Shown one piece after another: positions 39,359 to 46,270 of a DNA stretch of 64,000 nt. The DNA comes from an uncultured Clostridia bacterium (GTDB lineage: Bacteria; Bacillota; Clostridia; Christensenellales; CAG-314). The notes below the pieces were generated by a model. The model did no database searches. It had not been told where the DNA came from and was given only the letters and a program-made list of their open reading frames with translations. Both the position numbers and the translations under genes were made by a program. The stretch is taken from assembly GCA_947586855.1 (NCBI GenBank), contig CANPXV010000006.1, forward strand, positions 14,982 to 78,981, read 5' to 3'. The first letter of the stretch is position 1. Each line of letters begins with the position of its first letter.

Positions 39359-40464
39359 AGCAATATGTGGACAGAATTTTGCGAGAATCCACCCCCGCAT
39401 GTCCCTTTTGGAACATCGAAAGCATCAAGCAGGGCAAGCAGCCGCATTGGAACTACATCGACGGTTGCATGCTCACTTCGCTGCTTAAACTGCACAAACT
39501 GACGGGCGAACAGCGCTACTTTGAGTTTGTGGAGCGCTTTGTGGACTTTTATGTGTTCGAGGACGGCTCCATCAGGGGCTACGACAAGCAAAACTTCAAC
39601 CTCGACGACATCAACGAGGGCAAGGTGCTGTTTGAGCTGTACCGTGTGACGGGCAAGGACAAGTACAAGTTGGCCATCGACCTGCTCAAATCGCAGCTGG
39701 ACGACCAGCCCCGCACCTCCACGGGCAACTTCTGGCACAAGCTCATCTATCCCAACCAGGTGTGGTTGGACGGGCTGTATATGGCGCAGGGGTTTTCCAC
39801 GCTGTGGCAAAAGCACGTCGGCAACAAAGATTACAGCGACGTGGTGCGGCAGATCGTCAATGTGCGCAAGTACATGTACGACGAGCACAAAAAGCTGTTC
39901 TATCACGGGTGGGATTGCTCTCGTACGGCCTTTTGGTGCAACAAGCAAACGGGGCTTTCGGCCAACTTTTGGCTGCGTGCCATGGGCTGGTATCTGGTGG
40001 CCATGGCGGACTTTTTGGAGGAGTGCGACGACCCCGAAAGTTGCCGTCAGGTGGCGGAGGTGTTCCGTCTGGCGATAGAGGGCGTTGCAAACTATGTGGA
40101 CAGCGAAACTCACATGCTGTTTCAGGTGGTGGATCGCATAGGCGAGCAGGGCAACTATCCCGAGACAAGCGGCAGCAGTATGGTGGCCTACGCTATGTTG
40201 AAGGGCGCACGTCTGGGCTACCTCGACGCCTCTTTCAGCGCATTGGGCAAGCAGATTTTCGACGGCATTTGCACACGCTACCTCAGCGGCGACAACGGCG
40301 AGCTCAATCTGGGCGGCATATGCCTTGTTGCGGGCCTCGGTCCGGAAAACAACCGCCGCAGAGACGGCAGCTACCAATACTACATTTCCGAGCCTGTCGT
40401 TGCCAACGACGCAAAGGGCGTGGCACCGTTTGTGCTGTGCTACACCGAGATAAAGCAGCTGTGA
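39343..40464 (+). CDS. GH105 unsaturated (rhamno)galacturonyl hydrolase (YteR-like)
   Basis: 'WNYIDG', 'NLDDIN', 'FWHK..YPNQVWLDGLYM', 'FWLRAMGW'; GGAGG RBS before ATG 39343. Confidence 0.92.
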   Translation: MYEQIEQYVDRILRESTPACPFWNIESIKQGKQPHWNYIDGCMLTSLLKLHKLTGEQRYFEFVERFVDFYVFEDGSIRGYDKQNFNLDDINEGKVLFELYRVTGKDKYKLAIDLLKSQLDDQPRTSTGNFWHKLIYPNQVWLDGLYMAQGFSTLWQKHVGNKDYSDVVRQIVNVRKYMYDEHKKLFYHGWDCSRTAFWCNKQTGLSANFWLRAMGWYLVAMADFLEECDDPESCRQVAEVFRLAIEGVANYVDSETHMLFQVVDRIGEQGNYPETSGSSMVAYAMLKGARLGYLDASFSALGKQIFDGICTRYLSGDNGELNLGGICLVAGLGPENNRRRDGSYQYYISEPVVANDAKGVAPFVLCYTEIKQL

Positions 40465-40536
40465 TCATTTCTTTCGGCGCACGTTTGGCCTTGCCGACTG
40501 CACCACATAATCTGCAATATCAACACGATAAATATG

Positions 40537-40569
40537 AAAAGTCAGCTTCCATGCGGTAGCTGACTTTTT
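40537..40569 (+). terminator. intrinsic terminator after GH105
   Basis: AAAAGTCAGCT...AGCTGACTTTTT. Confidence 0.75.
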
Positions 40570-40709
40570 GTCGCAATGGGACGTGTTTTCCGCATATGGG
40601 CACAAAAAATCGCCAACATTGCAACGCTTGCGCAGATGTGCATATGCAGATATCACCAACTCACCTCGCCGGTGGGGCAAGTTGGGGATAACCAAAACAC
40701 AAAACCCGC

Positions 40710-40749
40710 TGCTTTCAACTAAACTCTGCAATCACGGACCTGCGCCGAG
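40710..40749 (-). repeat. repeat module A (inverted copy of 16823-16864)
   Basis: Direct sequence match apart from a 2-nt indel. Confidence 0.8.
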
Positions 40750-40777
40750 GAAAAATTAGAAAAGAAACTTTTTTGGC

Positions 40778-40930
40778 GGGTCGGTTGCGTAAGTAATGGG
40801 GCCCCGCACAAGTTGAGGTACGAAACTTGTGTGGGAGAGGAACAACCGAGCGGCGTTGGTACCATTCGTGCTTGCACGTATGGTAACGCCAAGCGAGAGT
40901 TGTGACGAACCGCCTTGCGCTTGGTCGGAA
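40778..40930 (-). repeat. long palindromic repeat (inverted copy of 22698-22849)
   Basis: Near-identical 115-bp core plus conserved ends. Confidence 0.9.
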
Positions 40931-40959
40931 AAAAAACCGCACTCGACTTGCGAGTGCGG
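40929..40959 (-). terminator. intrinsic terminator of the AraC gene
   Basis: CCGCACTCG-actt-G-CGAGTGCGG with an A8 run on the + strand (T-run on the - strand). Confidence 0.7.
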
Positions 40960-40975
40960 CAGTGGTGGGCAAAGG

Positions 40976-41743
40976 TCATTTGTCTGTCAATTGCTGCTGG
41001 GGGGGGGTATTGCGTTTCATGTAGTTGATGGGCGAGCAGCCAAAGTGCTTTTTGAACACCCGCGAAAAGTACAGCGGCTCGTCGTAACCGCACATGCTGG
41101 CCACCTTGGTCACGTTGTACTCGTGGTCGATGGAGCTAAGCAATTTTTCCGCCGTCTGCATGCGGATGTGCGTCAGATAGGCATGGGGTGTCACGCCCAT
41201 TTCGTTCTTGAACAGCTTGCGCAGATAGTCGTAGCTAAACGGCATGGATTTGAGAAACTCGTCCAACTCGTAGCTGCAATCGGGAAAATTCTTCACTATG
41301 TCGCTCTTGATCTCCTCCACAGCCTTGGATAGCGGCTTGTCATTTTGCAGGGCGATGACATAGTTTACTATCAGGTTGCTCAATGCGGATAGCAGCAGCT
41401 GCTTCTTGTCCATATTGTTGTTGTAGTAGAAGAATATGTCCTCAAATGCGCCCAGCACGTGCTTGTCGTTGTCGTCGGCGATGCGCATGGGGCTTTTGAA
41501 GGGCAGCGTGGCGTCCGCAATGCGCACATGGATATTGGTAAATCCCTTTGCGCTGGTGTTGGTATGCGAAATATGGGGTGGCAATATCACAATGTCCCCC
41601 GAGTTGTAGTGAATGGTGGTGGAGTCCTCAATTACAAATTCGCCCGCACCGCTGGTGCAGTAGACAAACTCCCAATTGTCATGGAAATGCTCTGCAACGA
41701 GATAGGTACGCAAATGTTTTCCTACGTAAACTACGTCATTCAT
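40976..41743 (-). CDS. AraC-family transcriptional regulator (cupin sensor plus HTH)
   Basis: 'EHFHDNWEFVY' cupin; 'YLRKLFK..G', 'VASMCGYDEPLYFSRVFKKHFGCSP'; AGAGGGA RBS. Confidence 0.92.
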   Translation of the reverse strand: MNDVVYVGKHLRTYLVAEHFHDNWEFVYCTSGAGEFVIEDSTTIHYNSGDIVILPPHISHTNTSAKGFTNIHVRIADATLPFKSPMRIADDNDKHVLGAFEDIFFYYNNNMDKKQLLLSALSNLIVNYVIALQNDKPLSKAVEEIKSDIVKNFPDCSYELDEFLKSMPFSYDYLRKLFKNEMGVTPHAYLTHIRMQTAEKLLSSIDHEYNVTKVASMCGYDEPLYFSRVFKKHFGCSPINYMKRNTPPQQQLTDK

Positions 41744-41840
41744 AGTATCCCTCTGTCCATATCTTACCATAATAGAACTGTTTTGTCTATACCAATTTTT
41801 TCATTATTGGTGTAAAATAAGTTGATAAGGAGTTTATTTT

Positions 41841-42689
41841 ATGCTGGATATGCAACACGAAACGTTTTTGAGGTTCGATGGCGGCCGCACCAAGGCCTTT
41901 ACGCTAAGCTACGACGACGGCGTCACCGCCGACAAGCGCCTGCTCAAAATTTTGGACAGCTATGGCGTCAAATGCACTTTCAATCTCAACTCGGGGGTTT
42001 TCCCCGATAGGGGACTGCACAACCGTCTGGGCGAGCAGGAGAGCTTCAACACCTTTGCCGATTGCCAACACGAGCTGGCTTTGCACGGGCACAGACATCT
42101 GTACCTTACCAAGGTGTCTGCCGTGCAGGTTGCGCAGGAGATTGTCGCCAACAGAGAGTATCTGGAACAGCGCTACAACCGTCTGGTGTGCGGCATGGCC
42201 TATGCCTACGGCGCCACAGACGACAGTATCTGCGACATGCTGCGCAGTTTGGGCGTGACGTATGCCCGCACCACGCAGTCCACGGGCAGCTTTGATATCC
42301 CTGCCGACTTTTTGCGCTGGAACCCCACCTGCCATCACACCGACAAGCAGCTGATGGAGTTGGCCCGCCGCTTTACCGACACATCTCCCACCGACGAGCG
42401 CAAGGCACGAGAGAGCTACCTGTTTTACGTGTGGGGGCACAGCTACGAGTTTGACGACAACAACAATTGGCACGTCATCACCGATTTGCTGGACGCCGTT
42501 GCGGGCCGCAGCGATGTGTGGTATGCCACCAACGGCGAGATTTGCAACTATGTGACGGCATTTCGCCGCTTGCAGTGGGGCGTTGCCGACCAACTTGTCT
42601 ACAACCCCACCTGCCGGACCTTGTGGGTGGAGCGGGACAAAAAGCTGTACCGCATCGACCCAAACGCCACTGTGCATTTTGATATATAA
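41841..42689 (+). CDS. CE4/NodB-like polysaccharide deacetylase, cytoplasmic
   Basis: 'TLSYDDG', 'HELALHGHRH', 'YVWGHSYEF'. Confidence 0.85.
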   Translation: MLDMQHETFLRFDGGRTKAFTLSYDDGVTADKRLLKILDSYGVKCTFNLNSGVFPDRGLHNRLGEQESFNTFADCQHELALHGHRHLYLTKVSAVQVAQEIVANREYLEQRYNRLVCGMAYAYGATDDSICDMLRSLGVTYARTTQSTGSFDIPADFLRWNPTCHHTDKQLMELARRFTDTSPTDERKARESYLFYVWGHSYEFDDNNNWHVITDLLDAVAGRSDVWYATNGEICNYVTAFRRLQWGVADQLVYNPTCRTLWVERDKKLYRIDPNATVHFDI

Positions 42690-42698
42690 TGGGCTTGC

Positions 42699-42734
42699 GC
42701 CTCTCCGCCTTTCCGTTGTCGGAGAGGCTTTTTT
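42699..42734 (+). terminator. intrinsic terminator after the deacetylase
   Basis: GCCTCTCCG...CGGAGAGGC followed by TTTTTT. Confidence 0.75.
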
Positions 42735-42960
42735 GATGTTTTTCGGCAGATGTACGCACCCCCCCCAACCCCATTTGCCCGTGATGTGGGCAAACACATC
42801 TCGGCGCAAACAACCGCTTGCATAGATAAATGAGGCCGCCGCAACAAAAGACCCTCCTGCTGCAAGTGCAACGGGAGGGGTGCTTGGCAAATTTCGCTCA
42901 GGTGTGTTCTGTGATAATGTTGGTTTTCAAGCAACTAATATCAAATAATATGTTTTAACT

Positions 42961-43006
42961 AAACATTTTTTATTTTTTTATCCAAACATTTTTTATGTTT
43001 TTATCC
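42961..43006. repeat. 23-bp AT-rich tandem duplication
   Basis: AAACATTTTTTATTTTTTTATCC / AAACATTTTTTATGTTTTTATCC. Confidence 0.6.
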
Positions 43007-43026
43007 CTACATCTGCCGTGGAACCA

Positions 43027-45009
43027 CTATTTGCGGGGCAGGGTCACCTTTACGCACAACGGAGTGTCGGCCGAGTTGGTGCCGATGTACACTTCGTAGG
43101 CGCCACCCTCCACCAGCCAGCGGTCCTCCGCCACAGAGTAGTAGGCAAAGGCCTCAAAGGGCAGCCGCACGGTAACACGCTGCGTTGCATGCGCCTCCAA
43201 CGGTACCCGACGGAAGGCCGCCAATTCCATAAATGGTCGAAAAACTCTCGGGTTGACCTCTCGCACGTACAGTTGCGCAATTTCCGTGCCCGCACGCTCG
43301 CCCACGTTGGACAGGTCGAAGCTCACCTCGACGCCCTGTTCGTCCACCTTGGCAACGGCGTTGGCGTAGGCAAACTTGGTGTAGCTTAGCCCGTAGCCGA
43401 AGGGAAACATCGGTTGCGGCAAAGCGTTGGGCAGCCCCTTGTGCAGGGCGGTGGTGTGGTAGCGATAGCCCACCAACAGTCCGTCGCTGTACACGCTTAC
43501 GGTGCTGTCGCAGTAGCAGTCGTGGGCAGGATAGGCGTTTTCCGTGTGGGGAAAAGTCTCCGTCAGTTTTCCGCAGGGGACGATCTTGCCCGTCAGCACC
43601 TCGGCCACGGCCACATTGCCCACCTCTCCGGGATAGCCCGCCCACACAACGGCGGCCACGTCCTCTATCCAATCGGACATATCCACGGGCGCACCGCAGT
43701 ACAGCACCACCACGGTGTTGGGGTTTTTGCGGGCGGTTTCCTTTATCAGATGTTCCTGCGATATCGGCAGACGGGCCTGCGCCCTGTCAAAGCCCTCGCA
43801 GTCGTGCAGACCTGCGCACACAATGGCGGCGTCCTTGCCGTAGGCGTCCTCTATTTGCAGCAGGGGCGCCTCGGACACGCCGTATTCCCACAGATCCCGA
43901 TAGCTCACTTTGCCCTGCGGCAGAGCCTCTTTCAGCGCCGAAAGCAACGTGACGGGCGTTTTGCTTGGCACCACCGAGGACGAACCGCCCCCGTTGATGT
44001 AGTTGTTGGCAAAGTTGCCGCCCACGCTTACGTTGGCAGTGGCGGATAGCGGCAGCACGCCGTTGTTTTTTAGCAGCACAATGCCCTCTTGCGCTATTTG
44101 CAGCGCCACATTGCGCCGTTCGTCCACAGTCATGGTGATTTTGCGGGATTTTTTGTTGTTTTCGCAGTTGCGCACAAAGCGCAGCACCCTGTTGGCGCAC
44201 TCGTCCACCTGACTGTCGGTTAGTTCGCCGTCATCGTAGGCCTGTTGCAGACGGTTGCGGTGCTTCTCGTCGTAGGGCATGATGAGGTCCAGCCCCGCCT
44301 TGACGGAGGCCGCTGCGTCGGTGACTGCGCCCCAATCGGACATGATGAGTCCGTCACCGAAGTGTAGCTGTTTGCGTAGCAACTCAAACATTTTTTTGTG
44401 TTGCGCCATACGCACGCCGTTTGTCACATTGTAGGAGCACATCACGGCCATCGGTTGCGCCTCGCACGCCATCTCGAAGGCTTTGAGGTAGATCTCTCGC
44501 AGGGTGCGCTCGTCCACCTCGGCGCTTAGCCACATGCGGCTGTTTTCGGCGTTGTTGCAGCAAAAGTGTTTAAGTGTGGCGCCCACGCCGTTATCCTGCA
44601 AGCCCCGCACATATTGCCTGCCCAATGTGCCCGCCAGCAGCGGGTCCTCCGATATGTATTCGAAATTTCTGCCGCAGTGGGGGCTGCGCTTGATGTTGAG
44701 CCCCGGTGCCAGCAGCACGTCCACGTCCTTGTCTATGGCGTCGTTTGCCAGGGCGCAACCCAGCCGATAGGTCAGCTGCTCGTCCCAGCATTGGCTTGTC
44801 ACCTGCATAGATGGATACGCCACCGAGGGTTGGTCCACAAACCTGTCCCCCTCCTGCTTGGGCGTGCGCAGACCCAGCGGCCCGTCCGATACGGTGGCGC
44901 AGTACAGTTTGCCGCCGAAATCCTCCGTATGCCAACAGTCCTTGCCCATCAGCAGTTGCAATTTGTCCTTTTGTGCGATATTTTGCTGCGTATTTTGCGT
45001 TTTTTTCAC
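43027..45009 (-). CDS. GH3 beta-glucosidase, cytoplasmic
   Basis: 'SDGPLGLR', 'GRNFEYISEDP', 'KHF', 'MSDWG' nucleophile, 'FPFGYGLSYT', C-terminal Fn3-like domain; GTG start after AGGAG. Confidence 0.92.
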   Translation of the reverse strand: MKKTQNTQQNIAQKDKLQLLMGKDCWHTEDFGGKLYCATVSDGPLGLRTPKQEGDRFVDQPSVAYPSMQVTSQCWDEQLTYRLGCALANDAIDKDVDVLLAPGLNIKRSPHCGRNFEYISEDPLLAGTLGRQYVRGLQDNGVGATLKHFCCNNAENSRMWLSAEVDERTLREIYLKAFEMACEAQPMAVMCSYNVTNGVRMAQHKKMFELLRKQLHFGDGLIMSDWGAVTDAAASVKAGLDLIMPYDEKHRNRLQQAYDDGELTDSQVDECANRVLRFVRNCENNKKSRKITMTVDERRNVALQIAQEGIVLLKNNGVLPLSATANVSVGGNFANNYINGGGSSSVVPSKTPVTLLSALKEALPQGKVSYRDLWEYGVSEAPLLQIEDAYGKDAAIVCAGLHDCEGFDRAQARLPISQEHLIKETARKNPNTVVVLYCGAPVDMSDWIEDVAAVVWAGYPGEVGNVAVAEVLTGKIVPCGKLTETFPHTENAYPAHDCYCDSTVSVYSDGLLVGYRYHTTALHKGLPNALPQPMFPFGYGLSYTKFAYANAVAKVDEQGVEVSFDLSNVGERAGTEIAQLYVREVNPRVFRPFMELAAFRRVPLEAHATQRVTVRLPFEAFAYYSVAEDRWLVEGGAYEVYIGTNSADTPLCVKVTLPRK

Positions 45010-45060
45010 GGTGATTCTCCTTGAATTTTATATTTTTACATCTGCACATATGCGCAATTA

Positions 45061-45996
45061 TCAGTAGTATTCCACAACTTCGACGGGTATTTTTATCCGC
45101 TGCTCCGTCATCACGTGGTCGTATAGTTGCAGCATCGAGTAGGCCGCAATGGCGCCCCAATGCTTGCGCTCGGCCTTGGCCGTGACGTAGGCAAAGTGGG
45201 ATGGCGGTTTGAGCCCGTCAAAGCCGGCAAGCAGCACCTTTCCGCCCAAACCTTTCAGCTCCAACTCGCTGTGTATGCCCATGGCCGTCTCGTCGTTGGC
45301 GCACACGATGGCGTCGGGCAGCACGGATTTTTCCAGCAAAAATCGGGATACGCTCACGCCGCCCTCGTAGGTAAAGTCGCTTTGCAACACAACGGTGTTT
45401 TTGCTTTGCAGACGGTTGTCCGCCAGCGCCTGACAAAAGCCCTTGTAGCGATTTTTGCTCTCCACCGATGTGTTTGGGCCGCCCACAAAGGCAAAACTGC
45501 GTGCGCCTCGGTTGATGAGAGAGGTGGTGACGTCGTAGCCGCCCTTGTAGTTGTCCAGCGTCACGTTGACAGCGCCGTCTATGAGGTCGTCCCTGTCCAT
45601 CATCACCACGGGTATGCGGCGGCTTATCACCTCCCGTATGTCCTCGGTGGATACGCTGCTGTTAAGCACAAACAGCCCGTCCATCCATTTGAGGTTGGTG
45701 ATGTTTTCGCCGACGTAGATGACCAGCTCGCAGTTGCTTACGTTGAGCACGCTCTTCAACGTGCTGACAATCTCCGGATAGATGATGCCGCTTATCGAGT
45801 GCAAGCACAGCATCATCTGGCGTTGATAGCCGTGGTTGCGCTTGCGGCCGCTTTTGCCGGTGTAGCCCAGCTCCTGCGCCGCCTCGATGACCCGCTGCTT
45901 GGTTTCGTCCGGTATGCGCGGGTCGTTGTTGAGCACATAGCTGACGGTGGACACGGCAACTTGCGCCTTTTGGGCAATATCTTTGAGTGTGACCAT
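45061..45996 (-). CDS. LacI-family transcriptional regulator
   Basis: 'TLKDIAQKAQVAVSTVSYVLN'; periplasmic-binding-fold effector domain ('CANDETAMG', 'GFD'); ATG 45996 follows AAGGAG. Confidence 0.92.
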   Translation of the reverse strand: MVTLKDIAQKAQVAVSTVSYVLNNDPRIPDETKQRVIEAAQELGYTGKSGRKRNHGYQRQMMLCLHSISGIIYPEIVSTLKSVLNVSNCELVIYVGENITNLKWMDGLFVLNSSVSTEDIREVISRRIPVVMMDRDDLIDGAVNVTLDNYKGGYDVTTSLINRGARSFAFVGGPNTSVESKNRYKGFCQALADNRLQSKNTVVLQSDFTYEGGVSVSRFLLEKSVLPDAIVCANDETAMGIHSELELKGLGGKVLLAGFDGLKPPSHFAYVTAKAERKHWGAIAAYSMLQLYDHVMTEQRIKIPVEVVEYY

Positions 45997-46075
45997 TTTT
46001 CTCCTTGACGTGCGCCAAAACGTATTTTTGCCCGAAACAGCGTTTCTTTTGCATTTTTGACGCACCAATATAAAC

Positions 46076-46245
46076 ATTGTAGCACCATTCTGTCGTAATT
46101 GTCAAGAATTCAACAAAATACACCTAAATTCAATGAAATTTCGACAAATTAAACGGCCAGCCCGTCTTGAAACGCCCTTTTGGATATGCTAAAATGGAAT
46201 CGTAAGGGTGAAATTTTGCTTTTTTGCCCGTCAATAGTGAAATTT
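46076..46245. promoter_or_regulatory. divergent promoters with three putative LacI operators
   Basis: Plus strand TTGAAA 46167-72, 17 bp, TG-c-TAAAAT 46190-95. Minus strand TTGACA 46105-100, 18 bp, TACAAT 46081-76. TGAAATTT at 46134, 46209 and 46238. Confidence 0.65.
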
Positions 46246-46270
46246 ATTGAAAGAGAAAGAGAGATAATAT

